Positions 9,613 through 20,094 of a DNA stretch of 64,000 nt are shown piece by piece. Source of the DNA: Takakia lepidozioides (lineage: Eukaryota > Plantae > Bryophyta); the NCBI GenBank assembly GCA_030704615.1, contig CM060732.1:24366001-24430000 (forward strand), given 5' to 3'. The notes beneath the pieces were generated by a model. The model ran no database searches. It was not told where the DNA came from and saw only the letters and a list, made by a program, of their open reading frames with translations. The first letter of the stretch is position 1. The number at the start of each line of letters is the position of its first letter. The translations under genes were made by a program, and so were the position numbers.

Positions 9613-12600
9613 TCTACGTCTGGCTCTATTCCTGTCCCTAGTGCTCGTAAAGTATAACGACTTCCTTCTCTTCCTCCTCCGGTGGAAACAATGGCTCCCC
9701 ACGCTGCCTCTAGAGCTCTCCAGTTTGACGTTTGCAACAAGGGTTGGTTTGGCATGTAACCAAAATAAAAATTGGACATTGTTAACCATATCTGGATGCG
9801 GGTGTCATCATTGTGTGCGAACGGAATTCATCCATTTTTGCGTCTTTGTATTATCCAAAAAAAAAAGTGGTGGCACTTCCAATGCCGTTGCATGTGCTTG
9901 TGATATATGTCAGATGTACTTCGCCGACTGCCAATACATGGCAGCCTTCTTGCATTCTTTCAAATTCCGAAGTGCCGTAAAAATCTATTGCTAGTTCAAT
10001 TTCGAGCAGTACTTGCAAATTAGCAATAATTGTGATGCTTCACATATGCATCCACGTATGTTGTACTGCCTACCCAGCGGTTTGCATTTTGCCGTCACCA
10101 TCGCAATGCGGTCATTCGGTATAAAAGTTTGTGTCGGCAATGGTGATGTGTTGCACACAATCGTGCGAGGTGTCCCCCGGAGTGTCAGTGTTTGTGTTGT
10201 GCTCTTCTGGCACAACACAATCTCAATAGATTCGGGGTTTCCTGTTTACTGGTCTCTAGGGTCGTTGTCGTCTTTCCATAATGGATGGTTTCATGTCATG
10301 TTCGGGGTTTGCTTTTCATCCAAATACAGCACGGCTTCTTGCGGCTTCTTGTCTTTGAAAACAGTTTTTCTAGTTGGTGTCTCCCAGTGTGGCAGACTGC
10401 GAAGTTCGGTGGAGACTTTCGCCGTGCATGTCATTCTTACGTCCGTTGAATGCATCGCCCGCAGGATTTGGGTCAGTGCTACCCTTACTCACCTCAGTTC
10501 GTTTGGGGTGGATCCCCTTTCGGGAATTGCGGGCTATCAGTTCGGGGGACCCTTTGTGGATCGCAACTTTGGGTCAGTTTAGGAAAACATGTCCAGGGAG
10601 GGAGATAGACTCGCTTGATTTCATTCCAATGCAGGTAGTCTTCCACTGACTGCCACTGCAGATGACGAGGGTTTGCAGTTGTTCATGAGGATGAGCTGGT
10701 TACAGTGTTCCCTCTGGAATTGGGTTCTCTGCTTGTTCAAAAAGAGGTGTATGACGAGGATGGGAATTTGGATTCTGGGCACTTGGAGAGACCATTGGTT
10801 GGCGAGTGTGGAAGGAAGTGGAGAGTCCTTCCAAGCAGATATCGCGTCCTTGGAAAAGAGAGAAGACAATCAGCAAGATCAATACTTACCCTTGGCACTA
10901 CAGCATCGGTCGTGCAGCAGAAGGGCCCAGTTCATGTGAAACAAGAGATGAGCACATCCACCAGATTCGTGACTCTTTCAGACTCGTCCTCGGAGGATGT
11001 TTTTGAGATTCCTCCGCTAGTGCAGACTCCATTCTTGGATGATGACGAATTGCAGGAGATAACGAGTGTCATTCCGAAATTGAAAGCCCTCGCGGGGGTG
11101 CCTAGGTGCAAGAGCAAGCTGCATTTTGTTGATTGGGAGTCCCTTCGGGTACAACGGGTTCAATATGTGCCAGCAGAGTTTGATGAGGACATCTTGTTTG
11201 AGCTCAACCCTCCCATGTCTTCCAGTGGACTAGCTAGGCTTCTGCAGGGCATGGACAAGAAACATGACGGGCACCCTTGGTGCAGGACAAAAACATCGAA
11301 CATCCACAACGACATTGGATTGAAATTTCGAAGGTCGGTTTGCGTTGGGCATTGCAAGTGCGTGAATATTTCTTGCCCTTGCCTGAGAAACATTGCTAAA
11401 CCAAATGAAAGTGAGTGGGAAGGTGTGCCCCCGAATCCTTTCACCCCAGGGATTGCCCCTCCCATGACCAATACTTTTGTGTGCAGGTTCTGCAAACTTT
11501 CCCCGTCATGTGTTTCTGTGTACCACACTCGTATGTACCAGGTGGCACACCGATGCAAGACAATGACTCGTGCCTGCATTCATATGGGTACACACGAGCA
11601 TCCTATGTCAAAAGGAAGTTGCAGGGATAACATGGACATCGCTAGAAATCTGCTGAAGCAGGAGTTCCACAATGCCCCTTGTGCAACACCTTCTGCTATA
11701 GCGCTTGCAGCTAGCAAGGCATTCCTGGAAAAACACATATTGGGTGAAGGGGATGCAACACAACCAATGTTGGATGCAGATTCGCTTGATGCAGTGATGG
11801 ACCATTTCTCCGTGTTGAGCTCTCCCAATATTCAAAACCAGGTGAATGCACTCAGAATGGGCACAGGCAGTGCTGGATTCATGTACAACATTATGGACCT
11901 GAAATGGAGGAGTCGCTATGAATTCATTCAAAACAGTATCTTCCCTGGCCAGGGCTCGTCCAAGGTGTATTTGTTCAAGATGTCCACAGTGGGCGAAGGC
12001 AGTGGTGTGAGCATTGTCCGCCGAATGCAACTTGGAGGAGATTTGGCTAAATGTTGGTTAATGTTTGATCACTGCAAACGGGTGAAGGGTTGGACAACCA
12101 TGGCGTGCCATATGTACGATCCAGCATACCAGCGTGTGTTCTCCATAGCAATTTGTGATATGCAGTCGGAGGACACTGAATCCCAGATGCTCATGTGGAA
12201 TTCGCTCCTGGCCGTCATGCAGCACAATGGAATGCAGAACACAAATTTTGCGGGCTTCATGGCTGATAGTGCACAGGCAAATTTCAATGCAGTGCGGCGT
12301 GTGTTTGGTTCGGGGGATCCTAAGGTTCCAATGGAAAATAGGGAGCGCACATGCCTCTTCCATTGGAGTCAATCTTTGGCACGTCATACAAAGCACTGCA
12401 TTCGCCCTGACCTCCAGTTGGAGCACAGAAGGCTCTGCCTCAAGTACAAAAATACCACCTCAATGGGAGAAGCTGAGAGCACTTACCAAGCAATCTGGGC
12501 TTGGTGGTTCTCCTCTGGTGCTGCTACTGGTATCCACCTGAAGGAGTTGGAGGACTGGTTGGTTTTCTGGCACTTCAGGTACAGACAGTGGGGAGCTTTC

Positions 12601-13480
12601 ATGACGACGATAAGCCTCTTCAATCCCAGAAACACAAATTTCACTTTGCATCGTGCGTGTTTGTTTGGGGTTGTTGGATTGTCACTTGCAGAACCTCTTC
12701 CATTTCCTTTGGTTCCTCACATTTGCATGCAATGCCTCCTGCAGGACACACTAGAAGAGAAACCGGCTTTTTCCACGGCTTTTTCCACACTTTTTGCTGT
12801 GGAATCAGCCACAATCCACACCTGTCGTGGGTGTAAGAAACGACTAGTGCTTTCGGACACCCCGTGGACGGCCTGGCTCTCGGGTGGCCTTGTGGAAAAG
12901 TCCACGGGTGGCTGAATCCAGAGGTGGCTTTTTTCACGGGGTGAATGGCTTTTTCCACGGGCGATGTGTGCTTTGGCGAACACCGCCACGTGGATCCTAG
13001 ATGTACAAAGGGTGTGGACTTGTCCACACCTACAGGAAAATTATGCGACAGCCTGTCACCATGGCTTGACGACATCTGGGCAACGGTATGGGCACCACGT
13101 GTATTTTTGTCAGGGCAACAGGTGGCGTATTTTGGGGCAACTCTTGGTGTGGGTGTGGAGTATTTTACTGCCTATACTGTAGGTCATTCCACATAATTGT
13201 GGAGAAGACCATAGCGGGTGTGAAATATACTACGACCTACGTTGTAGGACATTCCACATAAATGTGGAGGATACCACAGTTCACCGTAGGTTGCTTGTGG
13301 TCAGTATCACGATCTAAAGACACCTAAACACAATTCCAAAGCATCACGGCAACAACCTGCTCATGACATGAAGAACTGACTAAGCATGGCCAGAACAACA
13401 TATAGAATGAGCATCTGCAACGATAATTCAAAATTACATAAGTGCTTCAGTGCCCAAATACACTTCAGTCTGACATCAAA

Positions 13481-13538
13481 GAGTCTGAGTCTGAGTCTGA
13501 GTCTGAATCTGAGATCAAAGATCTGAGTCTGAGTCTGA
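13481..13538 (+). repeat. (GAGTCT)n hexamer microsatellite in two blocks
   Basis: gagtctgagtctgagtctgagtctgaatctgag...tctgagtctgagtctgag seen directly. Confidence 0.9.
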
Positions 13539-13739
13539 GGCAGAGGCCAGGCTGCACAATGCAGCCCAGCACAGAAGTTCAGCCTAAAGCTCCAAAAAAC
13601 GACATTTGTTTGTTTTCCAAGTTCCTGCATAAGATGCACCAACCAACATTGCATTGTGAGACACTCACTATACTCCAAAGCTATCAGGGAAGGTCACTGA
13701 GCAACCTGCCAAGGCGGAAACACCTGAGTCTGGACTTAC

Positions 13740-14870
13740 ACTATATCCCTGCTCCTTCAGCTATCCATGCCTCTGCACAAATCAAGCATACATCCTTGCC
13801 TTGCTGCTAGCAGCTGACGATGACAGCCTAGATTTGTTCTAGGAAACACCCAACTCAACTTATCACACTAGTTCCTATGCTCAATTGCATCTGCTACTCT
13901 CTATAATCCAACAAGCATTCATCTTCTTGCCTCGATTGTCCCACCATTGACTGGGGTCAGAAAAGTATTCATTCCACAGCTTGTCCTCGTCTCTGTTACC
14001 TAGTTCTGGATACTTTCCTGTTGTCACATCGGCAGTATCATATCAAAGTCATTCCAAACTAGATTCACTCAACCAACTAACTAGCAGAATTCAACATGGA
14101 AAATTAGGGCCGATTCTAATAAGAGGGAAATGTAATGAAGAAGATGCTTTCATTAGCAGTGCCCGATTATATCAATTGTGCCGCTATTGCCAGTTGACCA
14201 TCTACCCATGCAGGTTTCTGGTAGCTATTGATCCACATGGAATCACAGGTAATGTGGAGCTTGAAATCTGGCCCTCTTAGATGAATCTAGACCCACACTC
14301 TATCCCTGCTCCTTCAGCTATCCATGCCTCTGCACAAATCATGCATTCACCATTTCTGTGCTGCTAGCAACTGACAATGAAAGCCTAGAATTGTTCTAGG
14401 AAACACCCAACTCAACTTATCACACTAGTTCCTATGCTCAATTGCATTTGCTACTCTCTGTAATCCAACAGTCATTTACCTTTTGCCTCGATTGTCCCAC
14501 CATTGATTGGGGTCAGAAAAGTATTCATTCCACAGCTCCTGGTCTCCTTGTCTCTGTTACCTGTTTCTGGATACTTTCCTGTTGTCACATTGGCAATATC
14601 AGTCAGTCACTCCAAACTATCAAAGGGTTACTCAACCAGCACCTTGCAGAATTCAACATGAAAATTCAGGGCCGATTCTGATAAGAGGGAAAAACAGGGT
14701 GAAATGTGTTGAAGAAGGTGCCTTCATTAGCAGTGCCTGAATTTATCTATTGTGTTGTTGTTGCTGCAGCTTCCAGTTGACCATCTACCCATGCAGGTTG
14801 CTAGTAGCTATTGATTCACAGGGAATCATAAGTAATCTTGTGCCTGAAATCTGGCCACACTCTATCCCTT
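13740..14870 (+). repeat. Diverged tandem duplication (~560-bp period) inside the Pack-CACTA, with a partial third copy near 15560-15720
   Basis: The stretch TATCCCTGCTCCTTCAGCTATCCATGCCTCTGCACAAATCA...GAAATCTGGCC starts at ~13744 and again at ~14301. Confidence 0.9.
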
Positions 14871-14919
14871 CGCTTCTTTTCCCCCACACATATGCAGCCA
14901 TCACAGCCTCCAAACTGTC

Positions 14920-15533
14920 GCCCTTTGCCCATCATTTGCTCATAGGTATCCAAAGCCTCCATCCCGTGAATGTGTAGCCATCTTATCAAACACTGCCTTT
15001 GCATCCTCGATGGACCCACATTTGGCATAAAAGTCCACGAGGGTATTGTTCAGAATCACATCTGGTACAATTCCAGCTTTGGCAATGTCACCATGCACCT
15101 CTTTGCCCTTTTCCAGGGCTGCTAGGCTTGCACAAGCATTGTGAACGCACACAAAACGTGATGTGGTTGCACTTCACCCCTTCCCCCATCAATTGCTCAT
15201 ACGTCTCCAAGGCCTCCATCTCGCGCCCCTACTGTGCATACCCTGCAAGCATCGTGTTCCACGACACCACATCTCGTTCAGCCATAGTGTTGAACAATCC
15301 CTTTGCATCCTCAATGCTCCCACATTTGGCATACATGTCCACCAGGGCAGAGTTTAGAATGACATTGGGTACAATTCCAGCTTTGACAATGTCACCATGG
15401 ACCTCTTTGCCCTTTTCCAGGGCTGCCAGGCTTGCAAAACGCACACAAATGTGACATGGTTGGGCTTCACCCCTTTGCAGATCATTTGCTCATAGGTCTC
15501 CAAAACCTCCATCCCACGCCCTTGCTGTGCATA
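14920..15533 (-). pseudogene. Captured PLS-class pentatricopeptide-repeat gene fragment (about two P-L-S triplets)
   Basis: NACASLAALEKGKEVHGDIAKAGIVPDVILNNTLVDFYAKCGSIEDAKAVFDKM and the near-duplicate ...NSALVDMYAKCGSIEDAKGLFNTMAERDVVSWNTMLAGYAQ, with stops and small deletions. Confidence 0.93.
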
Positions 15534-18500
15534 TCTCTTAGTTTCTGTTATCTGTTTTCAATACTTTCCTGTTGCCACATAGGCAGTAACATGTCAAATC
15601 ACCTCAAAACCCCTGGTACCATAGATCCACCAAGAGCTAACTTGCAGAATTCAACATGAAAATTAGGGACAACTCTGATAACAAGGAAAACAGGCTGAAA
15701 TGTATTGAAGAAGGTGCCTCCATTACTGCTGCCTAGTTCTATCAACCGAGTCTGATGGGAGGGAAAAACAGGCCGAAATAGGTCAAAGAAGAAGGTGCCC
15801 TCACCACATTGTCCTCGACCTTGTGTCATGACCCATGGAGGATTTGACTGACCATGAACCTAAGAGAACCTCTTGTGTGTGCTGCTTGTGTCTGTAGTCA
15901 GGTAATGTCTGATTGGTCTATGAGAACCACCACGGTGCAGCTGAACGGACAGAAATTGAAGCACGGCCTGCTAAGACCAAGCTGACTCTTCCAAGAACCT
16001 TGTAAACATCAGGAAGGATACCAAAGCACGGTACTAACAGGACATTTGCAGGATGGACAAACTTCTTCACATCGTACATTAAGAAAAAGCCACACCTTGC
16101 GATTGCGGTTGTCCCACTATCGTGAAGGATCTTTAAAAACTCATGCCAGCTCTGCTCCGTGCTACAAATTTAAGGCTGAGTTTGATGAGAGCGCAAAACA
16201 GGCTGAAATAGGTCGAAGAAGAAGGTGCCCTCACCACATTGTCCTCGACCTAAGACCAAGCTGACTCTCCCCAGAACGGCGAGCTCTCAGCCGACACCTA
16301 GTCCTCGCACACATACCCTAGCGTTTGTCGGGTTGCTTGCTTTTCAGATGCGAAGGTTGCTCCAACTGCGGGCCTCCCATGTTTGCCCTCCCTCCCGCTC
16401 GCTGCTCTAAGTCCCAGCCCTCTCTCTCTCTCTCCTGCTCGCTCGCTCTAAGTCCCAACCCTCTGTTCACAGCTACCGGGATGGGCAACTTTTTAAAAAA
16501 GTTAACCTTTTGCAAACCCTACAAGCAACTTTTGCAAAAAAATTTAAACCTTTTGCACTCTGCAGCAGATTTTTTAAGTTCATGATTTATTCCATTTGCA
16601 GCGGAGTACTAACTAAACCCATACACCGCAATCAGTGGAAATAATTGTATGGTCCCATTTCACACAGGTGTGTAATATGCCATGTAAACTAAGCCAACCC
16701 CTGCCACGGTCATGGCTGTTTTCACACCGTTCTTGTCTGGGGTGTGGACCACATGTGAGACACCCTACAGTTAGGGCATATTTAGACCCACACCTTGGCT
16801 CAGTCTACAGACCCGTGATAAAAGCCGTGGAATGTGTCAGGTGTGAGATGGCAGAGCCGTGGAAAAAGCCGGTTTCTCTTCTAGTGACATGTCCTTGGAG
16901 GACTTGGCCGACATGCCATCCTGTAATTTGGCGGAGACTGTTCACAACGCCTGGATGCAGCAGTCTACCAAAGCGGGACGTGACTTGTATGTGGCCACTG
17001 CTGATGACATGGTGCGGGCACTTACACAACAAACCAGGTACCGCAATTTTCTGATGGGACGGGGCAGAGGCAAGGGCCCTGATACGACTTTGTTGATGCT
17101 AAGGGCTGCGAGTACGTCCGGAGACCCATCGAAGATGGCCAGAGCTATGAACAGGTGCACTGAAGGCTCCCCTTTGCAATCCAGGGTCCCCCATTTGGAA
17201 GGCGAGGAAAGATTTGGATCATGCAAAAGGAAATTGAACACTCCTCCAGGGTCGGATGGAGATTCCCATCGGCCGGACAGGGTCAATTTCTCTGTACCAA
17301 AGGTGTCTCCGGTGCAGACTAAGTCGTGTGCCCGCCCCTTCCCAGGTGGGTCCTCTTCCAGTGGAGCGGGTGCAGATCATGCAAGCACAGCAGCAGGAAT
17401 CCCATTGGAGGAGGTGGTGTCCTTGGTGCATGAATCTGATTGCATTGACAGTGAGTGGCATATAGAACGCACCCCACCAAGATCTAGAGTGGCTTGCATG
17501 GCAATTCGGACCCCCTCTTTCAAGAAATGCAAATCAAAAATATGCAAAGGCTCCAGGGGGACTCCAGCTCCAACATTCACAGGGTTGTTCCGACCTTATC
17601 ATAGTGGGGAGTCAAAGGACCACAAGTTCTGGTTCTGCCCAGACGATATGGCACGATGTGTCAAGGGAATAGTTCGTCCTTCGATGATAATGAAGCCCCC
17701 TCCCCCCGCAATTTGGCCTGTGAAACTTGGGACGTCGCTGTCATCAACCGAGATAAGCATGCTGGAGGAGGGAGGGTTCCATCTTGCACGGTCCCGGGTG
17801 GTGCCCTCATGTACTGTGGGCATAGATGTGCCACATGCTCCGGCAATGCCTCCACCCGGTGCCGACTCCCACCCAACAAAAAGAGATAAAAAACAGTGCG
17901 CCGTGTCGCTTCGGGTGCAGATCACGACTGCAAGATGGAATCGGCTAGAATTTTGCAGGCTCGGGTGACTTGTATCACCGAAGTCCCTGCCCCGGGGTAT
18001 GGACGGATTTACACAGTGCTGTCTATTGGCTCAGTTCTTCATGGCAAAGAATCAGGTTACCGTGAGGAATTTCCCTACGTGCACTTGTCCGGATTTTGTA
18101 ATGATGCGTGAGGGCGCTCTCGGCATGAGAGGGAAGTGGGTCCCCTGCGAGCATCAATATTACATATACCTTGTAATTATGTGCTGCGACGGTAAGAGAG
18201 ACCAATTCATTCACCAAGCCATACTAGGCTACGGAGAAGTCATCACCCTTCTGCAGCGGGACACCTCACGTAGGGCTCCGCCAGATTCTCTTTGAACACA
18301 TACGAGCCATGCCCGCTTCCCATGCTGGTTTCTAGGTTATCGTGTGAAAATTTTGCATTTAGGATAAACACATATATTTCGTTCACGGAACCAGGGCAAA
18401 TGCACATGCCATTCATTGTAAGCGTCTATCTGTGAATTGAAATAAAGTGTGTCAATCATTCTGAGCTCAAATCTGCAATATTTTCATATTCCTCTTTTTG

Positions 18501-18629
18501 TGCAGGCATTGCAGACATGGTGCATGGTGGCCCCCTTTGTTTTGTCCACGGTAATAGGCCCTCTTCCTGCAATCCTCGCCTATAGGACCTGCTTCTCCAG
18601 CAGATTTGTGCCGCTCATGCTTCCCTGAA

Positions 18630-18714
18630 GCGTGAGCTCAGCTCACGCTTTGCTGCTACAACGTGAGCTCAGTTCCCAGGCTCACGGGGCTGGGCTCACG
18701 CCGTAGCTACGCTG
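18630..18714 (-). repeat. Right terminus of the MULE: imperfect TIR with clustered GTGAGC/GCTCAC motifs
   Basis: GTGAGCTCAG at ~18632 and ~18663, GGCTCACG at ~18679, and CTGGGCTCACG at 18690, mirroring the left end. Confidence 0.8.
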
Positions 18715-19702
18715 GAGACTCAACAACCATGTGCTTTCAGATTATGTGTAACCTGTGTATTATAGCACGTCTGGTTGCTCAAGTTCTCAAGGAATGATCT
18801 GAGTTTTGAAAGAATGTACTCATAAGAGTGCCAGTGTGTTGACAAAACTAAGTTTGGTACCTCTAACCACTTCCTGGTTTGGACTGAGATCTGTTGGGTT
18901 TGGGTTTGTTGATTTTCACTATAAGCCAACATTGTATCCCTAGGACGGCCCTGTCTGGCCAGGTCTAAGTCCATCAAGGGGTTTAGTAGAGGGTTAAACA
19001 CATTTTACTTCAAAAGTTGCTGGGTGTGATCATTGTATCCCTAGGACTGCATGTGTGGTAGAAGGACCTGTGCCTGAATTTACTGCTTTGCTAGAACAAA
19101 AGTGGGACCAGTATTTTGTACAGGTGAACATGTTGTAGTCATGGTTGCCAGCGTTTGATGAATATGTGTCTGGTTGGTGTGATCACCCAATATAGATTGA
19201 TAGGTAAGGTGCTTGATGTTGTGCTCAAATATTGGCAGGTGGAAAAAAACTTGTTGGAACATGTTGTCTTATGCATTTTGGTATATATGGCAGGAAGCAA
19301 GTGTAGCGTATTCTGCCATAGTCGGAAAGGTGGATGCAATGGAAAAACAAGTCGAGGCTCAAGGGTCTGATATGTTGGAGATGAAATCATGGATGCAGAA
19401 CATGATGGACTCTCAGAAGGCAATGATGCTCAAATTGGGGGTTAATGTCCCCCTGACAGGTCCAGTGACATTTGGCATGAATGGTTCTGGTGTCACTGTA
19501 TCAAAAAGATTGGCGGAGTGGTTTGAGACCGTAACTAGCGATCAATCTCAACTCTCCCCTAACCCTATCACCGATGATGATTTGCATTTGTCCAAGCAAT
19601 TCGCCATAGGGAAAGCAGGCACTAAGACAGCAATTTCGAGTCAGCCTGCCTCTGGTACAAAGGAAGCTACTGTCTGAGAAGCCTGGTACACCGGATTCAG
19701 GT

Positions 19703-20094
19703 ATGCATGATTCCTTGGGGAATTCACATGGGGAGGATGGGACAAATGCTATGACATTTCGATTGGTTGTGCATCCCACTGGGGTTGATATGTTGAAGCC
19801 AGATGAGCATTTACAGTCTCCCCCACCTCGCAAGCACTTGCTAGTTTTGGATGTGAATGGATTGCTCTGTGAATCCATTCATGTTGCTAGTGGTCCAACA
19901 ACTGTTCCCAAAGGATTTGTGGGGAAGTTGTGTGGGAAAAAAATGGTAGTTTTGAGACCCAGCTGTATTTCTTTTTTGCAAAAGTGTTTTGCACACTTTG
20001 AGGTGGCAATGTGGTCTTGCTGCAAAGCTTGCAACTTCATTCCGATGGTGGATTGTATTTTCAAAGGGCACACTAATCTTATTTTCCAGTGGGA
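19703..20094 (+). pseudogene. Truncated FCP1/NIF-like HAD phosphatase domain
   Basis: RKHLLVLDVNGLLC...LRPSCISFLQKCFAHFEVAMWS...LIFQWD matches the plant NIF-like DxNG subgroup. Similarity stops abruptly after FQWD. Confidence 0.75.

Larger units (their letters stand above)
12749..16886. mobile_element. Non-autonomous Pack-CACTA element, 4,138 bp
   Basis: Perfect 32-bp TIR CACTAGAAGAGAAACCGGCTTTTTCCACGGCT at 12749-12780 and inverted at 16855-16886. 3-bp TSD ACA at 12746-12748 and 16887-16889. Subterminal TTTCCACGG/CCACA repeats and no transposase inside. Confidence 0.96.
10705..18295 (+). pseudogene. MULE-type DDE transposase (GCM/WRKY-like Zn finger, DDE core, C-terminal SWIM finger), split by a CACTA insertion and frameshifted
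   Basis: N-terminal DGHPWCRTKTSN...RRSVCVGHCKC...CRFC...HMGTHEHP. Catalytic candidates WLMFDH (D1) and GFMADSAQANFNAVRRVF (D2), the CxxH signature CLFHW, and PSCNLAETVHNAW (E, after 16890). SWIM CTCPDF...VPCEHQYY at ~18080-18160. Intron 12610-12744 has its donor mutated to AT. Frameshifts near 17.9 and 18.05 kb. The true start may lie upstream (~10430). Confidence 0.88.
1776..18714 (+). mobile_element. Large Mutator-like DNA transposon (MULE) with degenerate termini; 16,939 bp, or about 12.8 kb without the nested CACTA
   Basis: Exact 9-bp direct repeat GAGACTCAA at 1767-1775 and 18715-18723. GTGAGCCCAG lies at positions 16-25 from both ends in inverted orientation, followed by CGTGAGCCTG at both ends. 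There is an internal MULE-type transposase, and removing the element restores a ~585-bp host intron. Confidence 0.88.
444..20094 (+). pseudogene. Decayed CACTA/En-Spm TnpA-like gene (Transposase_24-like), interrupted in an intron by the MULE; 3' part has a coiled coil followed by an FCP1/NIF-like HAD domain
   Basis: Pro/Tyr-rich N-terminus. An in-frame TGA at 900-902 joins ORFs 354 and 915, and there is a frameshift in a G-run near 1245. Motif KPMDVSDEHWKSLTSYWSTE...NHTKTGRGGKDSMEARL and exon 1677-1760 (ERETGCPPTLADI) resemble the plant Ptta/En-Spm family. Donor GTAAGT at 1761 pairs in phase 0 with acceptor CAG|GAAGCA at 19294 once the MULE is removed. Confidence 0.65.

Noticed and set aside
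9248-10582. 248-aa and 189-aa + strand ORFs
   Set aside because: The first is the antisense shadow of the acidic exon (Ser-rich). The second has no recognisable motifs and lies in the probable divergent promoter region.
12610-12915. C-terminal ~100 aa of the 736-aa ORF as real transposase sequence
   Set aside because: It is read-through of a 135-bp intron with a mutated donor and then the CACTA left TIR. The true continuation is at 16890.
14816-15533. Functional PPR editing factor
   Set aside because: Only about two triplets are present, with stops and deletions and no targeting peptide or E/DYW domain, and it lies inside a Pack-CACTA.
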